A stretch of 64,000 nucleotides of DNA from positions 224,001-288,000 of the forward strand of contig CAXRHT010000003.1 in NCBI GenBank assembly GCA_964230645.1, written 5' to 3'. The notes beneath the pieces were generated by a model that had not been told where the DNA came from, did no database searches, and saw nothing but the letters and a program-made list of their open reading frames with translations. Below are positions 9,570 through 19,054 of this stretch, one piece after another. This stretch comes from Bdellovibrionales bacterium (GTDB lineage Bacteria; Bdellovibrionota; Bdellovibrionia; Bdellovibrionales; JAGQZY01). The position numbers and the translations under genes are program-made. Within the stretch, counting starts at the first letter, position 1, and each line of letters begins with the position of its first letter.

Positions 9570-11261
9570 TCACTCGATAGAAAGACTCTCGCCCATGGGC
9601 CCTAAAAATCTAACCATCTCAATAAATTTTTCAACAACAGAGGAGGCGACATTTCTTTTCCCTGGATTTTCTACGTTTTTAATATCGCCTTCTGAATCAT
9701 AAGTGATTTCGATTTTTCCAATACCCATCAGCTCAATCGATGAAGGTTTATCATAGCCAAGTGTGTAACCTAGGCGAACCTTGGCTTTATTACCATCTGT
9801 GAGACCAGTTATCTTACCGTTTTCATCATAGCCGATCGTGAGCGACTGACCTCTTCTGTTAGCAGCATAGTAAATTAGGTTGTTCTTATTGTAACGATAA
9901 CTCATTACCTCGGTTCCCGTCTTTTTACCGAGCTTATTTAAGATTTCTTTTATGGTTTTGGTTACCTGGTATTTGTTGAAATCATAGGTGTAGGACATCT
10001 TGTGCCATTGGATAATTTCGCGAGCTTCAGAGTATTTTTTAAATTCGCTTTTATTAACGAGTCCATTTAAATAATAGGCAAAACCCTGATAAATATTATC
10101 ATCGCGCACAGAAATGGGCCTTCCTAAGTAGGGATGGAAAAAAATGTCTTTATAGTGCTTTTCGTAGGACTCCTGAGCCCTATGTAGATATTTATCGTTG
10201 GTGAAGCTATAGTTTTTATACCAGAACTCGTGTTTTCCCTCTGTCTTGTCTTTTTTAGGACATTTCTGAGAGTAATTGCTCCAATAATGGTTTTTGGGGT
10301 CGTCATCTGAGAGTTGAAATTGAAAGACTTCCACACAATTTTTCCGGTTGGTGTATGTTTTAATCCAATCTTTTGAAATATTATACGACATCTTTATCTC
10401 AGTACTATCCGGAAATTTTACCTGAGTAAGATTGTGGTTGTTATCATAGATAAACTGATAAGTTTTTTTCCACATGTTTGTGACTTCAACGAGATTTTCA
10501 CCATTGAACTTGTATGCCGCAAAGAGTTTTCTCCCGTTAAAAATTTTGGAGAGCTTTCCGTTGCGGTCATAAGAAAAATTTAAACGTCGACCTTTTTGAT
10601 CAACCATATAGGCAATTCGACTTCCTTTGTATTGAATTTTAAGCCATAGTCCTGCAGAGTTGACAATTTGAATAAGTTGTCCCTTAAGATTAAATCTCTC
10701 AGTGGATCCATCGACTTTTTTGCGCTCGTAATATTTTCCGTTAAAATCAATACTCTCAAATCCCTTTGTTTTGGCTAAAAAGGTATTGTTTTCGGTTTTA
10801 ATTTTTTTTATGTTCACGAGTCCCATTTTATTGGCGTATTCGAAACGCATCTTAGTATTAGCCGTTAATTGAGCTCTCAAGTTTTTTAGATCATTTCCCC
10901 GTAATTTCTTATTCTTTTGGAAATCTGCGACTATTTTGTTAATGGTGTCAGCTGGTGATTTTAGATCAAAGTCTTTTGGATAATAGGTCACTTCCAGACC
11001 GCCACCACATTCTGTCAAATTGAGGATCCCATCGGAAGTGATGGTTAGATGTGTTTCCATATTAGAGCACCAACCAAAACCGAAGAGTCCTATGAAGAGT
11101 GACCGAGAGCTGTAATAGCGTTCAACTTTCATCTCTATACCATCTTGAGGGTCAATGAAGTCGACCCAAGTTTCTGTATAACTACCATTGCGAAGATTGA
11201 CACTCGACCAGGAAGCTAGAGGAAAAATAATCAATGTTATAACCAACAACAACGTTCGCAT
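9570..11261 (-). CDS. YD-repeat / RHS-like exported protein (Bd0109-like)
   Basis: Signal peptide; VNLRNGSY...RYYSSRS...FGFGW (DUF6531-like N-terminus); several YD repeats; directly downstream of tadB. Confidence 0.8.
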   Translation of the reverse strand: MRTLLLVITLIIFPLASWSSVNLRNGSYTETWVDFIDPQDGIEMKVERYYSSRSLFIGLFGFGWCSNMETHLTITSDGILNLTECGGGLEVTYYPKDFDLKSPADTINKIVADFQKNKKLRGNDLKNLRAQLTANTKMRFEYANKMGLVNIKKIKTENNTFLAKTKGFESIDFNGKYYERKKVDGSTERFNLKGQLIQIVNSAGLWLKIQYKGSRIAYMVDQKGRRLNFSYDRNGKLSKIFNGRKLFAAYKFNGENLVEVTNMWKKTYQFIYDNNHNLTQVKFPDSTEIKMSYNISKDWIKTYTNRKNCVEVFQFQLSDDDPKNHYWSNYSQKCPKKDKTEGKHEFWYKNYSFTNDKYLHRAQESYEKHYKDIFFHPYLGRPISVRDDNIYQGFAYYLNGLVNKSEFKKYSEAREIIQWHKMSYTYDFNKYQVTKTIKEILNKLGKKTGTEVMSYRYNKNNLIYYAANRRGQSLTIGYDENGKITGLTDGNKAKVRLGYTLGYDKPSSIELMGIGKIEITYDSEGDIKNVENPGKRNVASSVVEKFIEMVRFLGPMGESLSIE

Positions 11262-11268
11262 AATTCTT

Positions 11269-12165
11269 TTACACCTTAATAGTAACAACTTTTCTAATCA
11301 TTAACCCACCAATTAGCTGTAAAGTCAGAACCACCATCAGAGCGATAATACCAAGAGTGGTGTTGAAAAGGGGTTTAATGTAATTAGGGTCCACGAAAAA
11401 GAAAACCGCCATAAGTACAAAGGGGATACAGCTAATGATTATACCTTGCATAATCCCTTGAGCAGTGAGTGCTTCAATCTTTTTTTCGACTTTTTGTCGT
11501 TCACGAATGGTAAAGGTAATGGTTTGAAAAGTCTCAGCCATGTTACCACCAGTTTCCTTTAGGATATTCACCGAGGTCACAAACATTTGAACATCTGGAC
11601 GAGGGATTCGCTCACCCAATTCGGTCAAGGCATCTTCAATTGTTTGGCCTAATTGGTTCTGAGACAAAACTAATCGAAATTCTTGGCTGATTGGATTAGG
11701 AAGATTTTTGACCACTCGATCCATCGCTTGGGTAACGCTGAGTCCCGCACGAACACCGTTTGATAAGATGGTCATGGCATCAACCATTTGATCGGTGAAC
11801 ATATTGCATCTTTTTTCATAAAGATATTTAACGATGTGTTTAGGTAAGTTCCATCCAAGAAGGGTAAAAACACCCCCGAATACAAGACCCAAGATAATGT
11901 TAGGCCAGAACAAAATAAAAAACAGGGCACCTAAACCGAAACTTCCAATCATTAAGGTTTTGGTTAGTTTGTCGCGGTCAACTTCCACGAACATTAATTC
12001 AAGATATTTTATGATCTCGTCTCTTTGTCCAAGGGAGCGTTCATTAACGAAGTGAATGATGCGATCGATCCAAATATAACTAACTGTAAATACACAAGCT
12101 GCAATGGCAAGGGCTAGCAAGGGTAGGGGTATTCCTAGTGTAAATTCAGAAATGATGTCATTCAT
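11269..12165 (-). CDS. tadB: Tad pilus inner-membrane platform protein TadB (T2SSF family)
   Basis: DAMTILSNGVRAGLSV, PISQEF and ETGGNMAE motifs; follows tadA. Confidence 0.9.
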   Translation of the reverse strand: MNDIISEFTLGIPLPLLALAIAACVFTVSYIWIDRIIHFVNERSLGQRDEIIKYLELMFVEVDRDKLTKTLMIGSFGLGALFFILFWPNIILGLVFGGVFTLLGWNLPKHIVKYLYEKRCNMFTDQMVDAMTILSNGVRAGLSVTQAMDRVVKNLPNPISQEFRLVLSQNQLGQTIEDALTELGERIPRPDVQMFVTSVNILKETGGNMAETFQTITFTIRERQKVEKKIEALTAQGIMQGIIISCIPFVLMAVFFFVDPNYIKPLFNTTLGIIALMVVLTLQLIGGLMIRKVVTIKV

Positions 12166-14375
12166 GATTTATTCCCCTGCTTTTTTATTCGCGGTCGTCT
12201 CATTGAATTGGGTCGATTTTGCTTTTGGGTATTAATAGCACTTTCGTCAACTTCGTTAGAGAAGAGGTCTTTTGAAACAGGAATTCCACGTTCTTTAAGA
12301 TCTTGCACAAATTTTGGTATAAGACCCTTGGAAAGAAATTTTCCGACAATTTTTCTATTCTTGTCGTAGCCGGTCTCTTTAAAAGAAAAGACATCTTGGA
12401 GGGTCACGGCGTCGCCTTGAATTCCCTGAACCTCAGTGATATTCATTACCTTACGACTTCCATCGGATAAGCGAGAGATCTGTACTATAACATCCACAGC
12501 TCCTGCTATTTGTTCTCGAATCGCCTTGGCTGGTAAGTCCATACCAGCCATCATACAAAGTGTTTCTAGACGAGCAATGGCTTCTCTTGGGTTATTTGAG
12601 TGGACTGTGGTCATTGATCCATCATGACCAGTGTTCATGGCCGAAAGCATATCAAGGGCAGCCCCATCTCGACACTCTCCCACAACAATTCTGTCGGGTC
12701 TCATTCTTAAGGAGTTTTTTACCAAGTCACGAATGGTAATGGCTCCCGTTCCTTCCATATTAGCGGGTCGAGTTTCTAGCCTTACAACATGTTCCTGTTT
12801 GAGCTGCAATTCTGCCGCGTCCTCAACCGTAATAATTCTTTCATCCGTTGGGATAAACGAAGACATACAGTTTAGAAGAGTGGTTTTACCAGAACCAGTA
12901 CCCCCTGAGATAATGATATTTTTCCCATGGTGAACACAAAGCTTTAAGAAATCCATCATCTGTTTGGTAGCGGAGTTGTATTGCACATACTGATCCACTC
13001 CAAAAGAGTCTTTTCTAAATTTACGAATTGTAAGGGCTGGCCCATCAATGGAGAGAGGCTCAATAATAGCGTTCACACGAGATCCGTCTTCAAGCCTTGC
13101 ATCCACATAGGGAGTTTTTTCGTCGATTCTTCGTCCCAGAGGACTTACGATCCTTTCGATCACATTGCGAAGCTGAACGTTTGAAGTGAAATGGATTTTA
13201 CTAAGCTGAATTTTACCATTTTTTTCCATAAAGATCTTATTGTAACCATTAACCATAATTTCCGAGACGGAATCAATGGCTAAAAGATCCTCAAGCGGTC
13301 CTAGGCCTAGAGCCTCATCTTGAACTTCTTTGATGATTTGTTTTCGGTCTGTATTGGACATTCCTTTGGCTTCACCGTCGAGAATTTTACCAATGGCCAC
13401 TTTGACATCGTTTTGAAGTTTACGGTCTAGTTCAGGATCTTCTTTCGCCTTGGTGATGTCGTCATTTTTTAAGTTTAAATCCCGAATTAGGCGGCGGTGG
13501 ATGGTCATTTTCAAGTGTGTACGAGCATCAACTTTAGGTGCGCCCACTATGGCTGCGGCATTGTCTTGATTCGAAGACTTCTTTTTTAAATCAAGCGTCG
13601 GCTTTTGGAGTGTTTTTAACTTTTGTAGTAATCCACCAGATAGACTCCGTACCAAACTGTGGTAGCTAGAGGAAACACTGGCTTGTTTAGATGCTAATAC
13701 AAATGGTGTTCCTCTCTTTAAGGCCCCTTGAGCGGTCATTTCATCAAAGGGTATTACTCCAATGACTTTTTTCCTTAAAGATTTTTCGATACTGGGTACA
13801 GCCAATCCGGCTTTACTGTATTTGTTCACAACTGTTTGGATCATAGGCTGAGGTATCGTTGCTGCTGCTAGCTCATTGTGAAGTCTAAGAGTTTGGTTAA
13901 CTGTTAAAACTTCTGGAGTTGTTACAGAGAGAATCAGAGTGCTGATTTCAAGTGCTGAATATTGTAATTCCTCAAGCTGATTGCCTAGATCGATAAAAAT
14001 ATATTTATAAAAGTTACTTAATGTTTGAATTTGTTTGAGTGCCACCGAGGCATTAACAGTAAAGACCTCTCCAGGATTTTTAATGGCTGCGATATAGTGC
14101 AGTGGAATCTGTGGGTGCGTATTTAATACGGCACTCAAATTTCTCGAGTTGATTGTTCCGGTGAAGTTGCAAACCTCGTTAATTGTTTTAGGTTTTTGAA
14201 ATCCGGTAATGAAGTTTTGATCTCCGCAAGTGTTATGATCAAAATCAATTAGGAGGACAGGTGTTCTAAGTTCAAGACAGGTGGCTGTTGCAAGGTTAGC
14301 GGTAAAGACACTTTTACCAACGCCTCCCTTTCCACCGACGACTGAAATGATTGAACAATTTGGGTTTAAAGCCAC
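12162..14375 (-). CDS. tadA: Fused CpaE/TadZ (MinD-like) - CpaF/TadA pilus ATPase
   Basis: N-terminal GGKGGVGKS; C-terminal GGTGSGKTT, RMRPDRIVVGECR, MNTGHDGS; GTG at 14375 with GGAGG RBS. Confidence 0.93.
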   Translation of the reverse strand: MALNPNCSIISVVGGKGGVGKSVFTANLATATCLELRTPVLLIDFDHNTCGDQNFITGFQKPKTINEVCNFTGTINSRNLSAVLNTHPQIPLHYIAAIKNPGEVFTVNASVALKQIQTLSNFYKYIFIDLGNQLEELQYSALEISTLILSVTTPEVLTVNQTLRLHNELAAATIPQPMIQTVVNKYSKAGLAVPSIEKSLRKKVIGVIPFDEMTAQGALKRGTPFVLASKQASVSSSYHSLVRSLSGGLLQKLKTLQKPTLDLKKKSSNQDNAAAIVGAPKVDARTHLKMTIHRRLIRDLNLKNDDITKAKEDPELDRKLQNDVKVAIGKILDGEAKGMSNTDRKQIIKEVQDEALGLGPLEDLLAIDSVSEIMVNGYNKIFMEKNGKIQLSKIHFTSNVQLRNVIERIVSPLGRRIDEKTPYVDARLEDGSRVNAIIEPLSIDGPALTIRKFRKDSFGVDQYVQYNSATKQMMDFLKLCVHHGKNIIISGGTGSGKTTLLNCMSSFIPTDERIITVEDAAELQLKQEHVVRLETRPANMEGTGAITIRDLVKNSLRMRPDRIVVGECRDGAALDMLSAMNTGHDGSMTTVHSNNPREAIARLETLCMMAGMDLPAKAIREQIAGAVDVIVQISRLSDGSRKVMNITEVQGIQGDAVTLQDVFSFKETGYDKNRKIVGKFLSKGLIPKFVQDLKERGIPVSKDLFSNEVDESAINTQKQNRPNSMRRPRIKKQGNKS

Positions 14376-14392
14376 ATAACCTCCACATAAAC

Positions 14393-14421
14393 ATATCGGC
14401 AAAAGCCCCGAATAAACTGAG
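14393..14421 (-). promoter_or_regulatory. Putative sigma28 (FliA)-type promoter of tadZA
   Basis: Minus strand CTCAGTTT-N13-GCCGATAT versus consensus TAAAGTTT-N11-GCCGATAA. Confidence 0.5.
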
Positions 14422-14480
14422 TTTTTTCTTAAAAATTCCGCTGCTGTTCGGTGAATTTCACGCCGCCAGACTAAAGCACA

Positions 14481-14607
14481 TCGACTTTAACGAAACCATA
14501 TCGTCTTGAGCGAAAACACGTTGTCTTGAGCGCAAATATGTCGTCTTGAGCGAAAACCTGTCGTCTTGAGCGAAAGACCTAAGATCCTTCGCTGCGCTCA
14601 GGAGGAC
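14481..14607. repeat. REP-like palindrome with five 20-bp tandem copies of its left arm
   Basis: Units at 14481 (degenerate), 14501, 14521, 14541, 14561 (TCGTCTTGAGCGAAA core), then AGATCCTTCGCTGCGCTCAGGAGGAC. Confidence 0.9.
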
Positions 14608-14680
14608 CCTAGCAATTCAGTCGACTTCAAAAGACTAGATTTAGGTCGTGACGAGCCTTAAAGTCGCAAAAAAGTCTATT

Positions 14681-16156
14681 TTATTCTCTCAGCCTAAATT
14701 TCCTTTTTATTTTTTCTGACCCAGCGCTTGCTGAGGGCTTAATAATCGGTGTCACAAACACTACAAATTGTGATTTATTACGCCGAAAGTCCTTCGCGGA
14801 ATAAAGGTTAAACAAGGCATCAGGATTTGAATCTGGGTTAAATTCTGTTCCTGTTGTATTTTCAATCAGCCCACCAATAGCAGCGCTTTGCCCACTTCTG
14901 ACATCCACGATCGTTTTCACAAAATTCGAAGCTGTTTGCGGGCCTTGGTCTGTTTGACCGATGAGTGAGCTGACTCGAAATTGCATATCAAGCTGAATTA
15001 TGTCCGATCTGGGATTACTAATTGTGGGAGTAATTGTCGACTCAACTCCTACTGGGACAGAGCTATTAGTAATGGCTCCGACGTTACCCGGTTGACGAAT
15101 CAAAATAGGTAAATTCTGAGTCGCATTGACGACACCTTGCTGACCCTCTTTAGTTGTGACCGAAGAGCTCTTCAACACTCGTGCAAACCCGTGTTGTTTG
15201 GCTGCATTCAATTTAGGCAACAAGTTGGTGATCACCCCTGAAATTTCGGCGATAATACCATCACTATTCTGAGTGGTGTCTTTGGTAAAAGCCACTTCCG
15301 TATTGTCCTGAAGAGCTGGCGCCCATTGGAAGGCTGAGCTTCTTAAATACTTCTTACTGAGTTCCACATAGTGTACAACAAGCTGAATAATCTTGGGTGG
15401 AGCCGATTGTGGGGGAGGGCGAATTGAGAGTAGGTTAATGACGACATCTTCTTTTCGCTTTTTAATTTTCCCTTGGGCCTCGGCCTCGTTAATAACAGGG
15501 GCGGGAACATAGGTTTTTGCAATGATCTCTGCCTTTTTCCTCTCAGTATCCGAATTTGCAATACCTTTAAGAATAAATTTACCGTTAACCGCACGTACTT
15601 CGATATCTGGATTATTAATATCTCTTTCAATAATTTCGGCAATTCGCTTTTGGGCAATGGGATTGATTTCAACAAGTGAGGCCACCTGACCGTCGTATTG
15701 TTTTATAACACCATAGATTCGGTTTAAATCATGAGGAAGTAAAACTTTCCCATCAATGATGACTTTATCGTTTACTATCTTAATCGAGATACCCTCTATA
15801 TCATGCAGGAGACCACGCACTTCTCTGACAACCTTTGTCAGTTGAGATCGACGAACATCAATCCGGTACTCAAAAAGTTTTTGACCTTTTCGATCGTGCA
15901 TAGAAAGAGTCGCTAAACCAATTTTTTTAGGAGTAAAGTGAAGAGTTTTTCTTTCACGATCCAACTCGGCCTCAACGACCGATTTAAAGTCACCATAGAA
16001 CTCAGCGTCCGGCGGGAGATGGGAGAGCACTTCATTTTGTTTAATCCCCATGTACAAAATAATGTACTTTTTGCCAATGGGATCTTCTTGTTGTGCCTGA
16101 GCGGGCACAACAAGAGTAAAGAAAATAAAGGCTAGTACAAAGTTAAAGTTTTTCAT
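14681..16156 (-). CDS. cpaC: Tad secretin CpaC/RcpA with BON-like domains
   Basis: Signal peptide, BON-like repeats and secretin C-terminus (VRSGQSAAIGGLI...SQFVVFVTP). Confidence 0.88.
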   Translation of the reverse strand: MKNFNFVLAFIFFTLVVPAQAQQEDPIGKKYIILYMGIKQNEVLSHLPPDAEFYGDFKSVVEAELDRERKTLHFTPKKIGLATLSMHDRKGQKLFEYRIDVRRSQLTKVVREVRGLLHDIEGISIKIVNDKVIIDGKVLLPHDLNRIYGVIKQYDGQVASLVEINPIAQKRIAEIIERDINNPDIEVRAVNGKFILKGIANSDTERKKAEIIAKTYVPAPVINEAEAQGKIKKRKEDVVINLLSIRPPPQSAPPKIIQLVVHYVELSKKYLRSSAFQWAPALQDNTEVAFTKDTTQNSDGIIAEISGVITNLLPKLNAAKQHGFARVLKSSSVTTKEGQQGVVNATQNLPILIRQPGNVGAITNSSVPVGVESTITPTISNPRSDIIQLDMQFRVSSLIGQTDQGPQTASNFVKTIVDVRSGQSAAIGGLIENTTGTEFNPDSNPDALFNLYSAKDFRRNKSQFVVFVTPIIKPSASAGSEKIKRKFRLRE

Positions 16157-17018
16157 ATCGTCCCTTTTGTCTCTGTGGTCGCGGCTTTGGACGTGTTTTT
16201 GACTTAATTTTCTTAGGTGTTTTCTTAGCAGCCGGTTTCCTCGGTGCTTTTCTGCGGTTTAGAACGTTATCCACCGTGGCATTGGGTAGCTCATTGGTAA
16301 TACGATCATTAGGATTACGTAAAACCGTATAAATAGGTAGATCTTGCGAGACCAAATAATAAATGTTCTGAGCTTCGTTTGGTGTCACCTCAACGGTAAT
16401 GGATTCATAGTCGTTTTGTACACGTAGGTTTCTAATTTCATAGTCCTCTTTGTCCCCTTGAATGACCTGAATAGGCAAGTTGTCCACGATACTTTGGCCC
16501 GTAGCGAGTACTGGAACGTTTTGTATAAGAGTTTTCATCTTACGAACCTTATCCACACCCTTTCCGTCATCAACGGGAACAATAATGTCGACTCTGTCTC
16601 CAGGTTTCACAAGTTTGGCCACACCTTGAACTTCATTAACAGGATATGTCGCGGCTCTTTTTCCAGGGGAAACTTGCATAGAAAGACCGGTACTTTTATC
16701 CGGGAATACCAGTTTGGTGTTCAAGATCTGTTCACCTTTGCTTATTGGAGCGAGTGCGATCTGTCCTACAATTTCGCTTGGGTTCTGAATGGCGGCTGGT
16801 TGAATGAAATCAGCGGGCTTTTCCACCACCTCCATTTTAGATTCATCGATAATCTCCATTTCTCGAATATCTTCCCTGGCGATCACAACAGTTTTGGTTT
16901 GTCCGAATTTACGGGCCATGGTCGCTCTTTTATCTTGCGCCCATCCATAAAGAAGAATGACAGCAAAAACAGCGGCTGCAATAGAGATCCATAATGTTCG
17001 AGTTTCATTTTGTTGCAT
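16143..17018 (-). CDS. cpaB: Flp pilus assembly protein CpaB/RcpC
   Basis: SAF domain (VVIAREDI), PGKRAAT, VKPGDRVDII, QNVPVLATG, ITVEVTP. Confidence 0.92.
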   Translation of the reverse strand: MQQNETRTLWISIAAAVFAVILLYGWAQDKRATMARKFGQTKTVVIAREDIREMEIIDESKMEVVEKPADFIQPAAIQNPSEIVGQIALAPISKGEQILNTKLVFPDKSTGLSMQVSPGKRAATYPVNEVQGVAKLVKPGDRVDIIVPVDDGKGVDKVRKMKTLIQNVPVLATGQSIVDNLPIQVIQGDKEDYEIRNLRVQNDYESITVEVTPNEAQNIYYLVSQDLPIYTVLRNPNDRITNELPNATVDNVLNRRKAPRKPAAKKTPKKIKSKTRPKPRPQRQKGRYEKL

Positions 17019-17019
17019 C

Positions 17020-17511
17020 TTATCCCCCGCACTCGCTACTTAAGCAAAGTCCATACATTGTTAGAATCCAAACCGGATTCACTGCTACAGAAGTATTTCT
17101 GGAATTGGCCGGTACTCTTTCATTAATATCTCCATTATGCACAGAGGGCTGCCGGCCTTTTTCATCCAATTCAAGACCCATTGAAATAGGTCGTTCTGTT
17201 GCAATTTGTTTTGTCGCCCCCATCTGAGAGTCTGTGTTCACACTATGTAATCTCGTGTGGCGATTGTAATAGTGAATGACGTTTGAAGCGTGATTTGAAC
17301 GAAAGTACATCACATTGGATCGATGCCTAAAAGTTTCGAAGGCATAAGTCCTTGAATGAATATTGTGTAATAGAGCTGTATGAACTATGCCGAAAAAACC
17401 AAAAGTATAATAAAGCATAGATACGAACAGAACCATGAGAACTGTGGCTTCGATGCTTGCGAACCCTTTGTTATTTTTTAGAATGTTATTTTTATTTTGA
17501 TTATTTTTCAT
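17020..17511 (-). CDS. TadE-like pseudopilin
   Basis: KNNKG/FASIE class III signal followed by a hydrophobic helix; ATG at 17511. Confidence 0.75.
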   Translation of the reverse strand: MKNNQNKNNILKNNKGFASIEATVLMVLFVSMLYYTFGFFGIVHTALLHNIHSRTYAFETFRHRSNVMYFRSNHASNVIHYYNRHTRLHSVNTDSQMGATKQIATERPISMGLELDEKGRQPSVHNGDINERVPANSRNTSVAVNPVWILTMYGLCLSSECGG

Positions 17512-17512
17512 T

Positions 17513-18088
17513 TCAACACCCATTGTCCATTTGAACGACAAAGGCATCAGGATCGACTTGAAAGCTTCCAAGGTTTTGGAATTTCTGAGCTCTTTGATCC
17601 ATAAACTCTTTGCATTCTTTGAAGGTGGGCTCTCTAGCTAAAAAGCTCTGAATATTGGCATTAAACCCATCGGGATCAGTTCCCGTTGTACCAATGAGTG
17701 GTATTCTTTTATAAAGAATGGGTGCGCCAAACTGAATTCTGGCTCCAATAAAATTTTCGTCATCACTTTCGGGGCTGTATTCGTCATTAAAATCTGAGAT
17801 TTCTACATCTTCTGTCTTAAACCATCCATTCTCAAAAAGGGGACGGACCGCTGGATCGGAAATCAGTTCCTGGAACTTTTCCTCGCCTCTGCGGCGCTGT
17901 TCATCCTCATCAAGATGTGCCAAAGAATAATTCCTTGCCGTTGAAAAAGAAATGTATTGGACAACCTCTGCTACAGAGAGAGTTATTCCAAAACTGAAAA
18001 TAATGGCGGAAAAGCCAAAAACAATCATGCTTGCAAAAATGAAGTCAAGAGTGAGAATACCACGATTGTTGCCTAGACACTTTTTCAT
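17513..18088 (-). CDS. TadE/TadF-like pseudopilin
   Basis: NNRG/ILTLD class III-like signal (Asp at +5), hydrophobic helix, then STAR motif. Confidence 0.7.
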   Translation of the reverse strand: MKKCLGNNRGILTLDFIFASMIVFGFSAIIFSFGITLSVAEVVQYISFSTARNYSLAHLDEDEQRRRGEEKFQELISDPAVRPLFENGWFKTEDVEISDFNDEYSPESDDENFIGARIQFGAPILYKRIPLIGTTGTDPDGFNANIQSFLAREPTFKECKEFMDQRAQKFQNLGSFQVDPDAFVVQMDNGC

Positions 18089-18330
18089 AGGTTATCTCCT
18101 CGGGGAGACCCGTGTCTTCTTAGGTGATTTGGGTGCATAGTCATTCCCTTTTTGGGAGGAGCCCAAATACCATTTTGCATCATGCCCGCTAAGTGCTGCC
18201 AAGGTCTTTCAACCAGTTTCGCCAGATATTGACCATCACTGAGAACTTTCGTCGCTGCATAGGCCGTACTAAAAAGAATAACTAAAACTAAAACGGCTTC
18301 GACTGTGATTTGTCCGGAGTTCTTCTTCAT
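18085..18330 (-). CDS. Small pilin-like protein
   Basis: MKKNSG/QITVEAVLVL class III signal. Confidence 0.75.
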   Translation of the reverse strand: MKKNSGQITVEAVLVLVILFSTAYAATKVLSDGQYLAKLVERPWQHLAGMMQNGIWAPPKKGMTMHPNHLRRHGSPRGDNL

Positions 18331-18812
18331 AGAATCCCCCCGTAGACGCTATAGGTCAGCCAAGCAAAAAGTATGGCTACTGTGTAGGGAATTTTATTAG
18401 GTTTATGAGGCTGTACGCGCACAGACATAAGCTTCAAGTTACCCAATAACTGAGAAATGCGACCCGCTAGTAGCGCTTGGAGGACACCGATCGCGGCTCC
18501 CCAAAACAAGGCATAAAGAAAAATTTCAAACACTTTAATTGGTCCCATTAATATCCCAAAACACATCATAAATTTCATATCTCCCGCTCCAATGGCATTC
18601 ATCAGAACAAGAGGAAGCATCAATAACCCACCCACGACAAAGCCACCGAAGGCTTGGAAAAGGGTTAGGGTTCCGGTTAAAATAACAAACAGAAATCCAA
18701 TGAGAGTGAGGCTTAAAAAGATCCAATTGTGGAACTTTTTAAACCAAAGATCGTCTATAACGGCGATCGCTAAATAAGCCATTGAGCAAATTGCTGTGGC
18801 CGTCAGGTTCAT
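18327..18812 (-). CDS. cpaA: Prepilin peptidase (A24, CpaA/TadV)
   Basis: IDD...KFHN, IGAGDMK and IPY motifs; ATG 18812 overlaps the upstream stop (TAATG). Confidence 0.88.
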   Translation of the reverse strand: MNLTATAICSMAYLAIAVIDDLWFKKFHNWIFLSLTLIGFLFVILTGTLTLFQAFGGFVVGGLLMLPLVLMNAIGAGDMKFMMCFGILMGPIKVFEIFLYALFWGAAIGVLQALLAGRISQLLGNLKLMSVRVQPHKPNKIPYTVAILFAWLTYSVYGGIL

Positions 18813-19030
18813 TATGGACTCCCTAAGGGAGGTGCTCCATTTGGTTTGCCCCAAGCCTCTGGTCCATTTTCAAAATTAAAACGGTTTCCAAAGGTGATGT
18901 TTTTCTCCACGCGAGCACCAAGCTTTGGTGCGGCTTCTTCAAAAACTTTTCTCGGTCCTTTATCACCAAGAAAGGCTCCCCCAAGTATGAACGCAAATAG
19001 TCCCAATAAAAGAATGAGTTCTGTTGTCAT
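18812..19030 (-). CDS. Flp-like small pilin (no visible leader)
   Basis: MTTELILLLGLFAFIL pilin-type helix, between flp and the prepilin peptidase. Confidence 0.65.
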   Translation of the reverse strand: MTTELILLLGLFAFILGGAFLGDKGPRKVFEEAAPKLGARVEKNITFGNRFNFENGPEAWGKPNGAPPLGSP

Positions 19031-19054
19031 TCTCTAACACGCCTTTCTCAACAG

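Noticed and set aside
9570..11261. RHS polymorphic toxin
   Set aside because: No RHS core or DPxG motif, toxin tip or immunity gene
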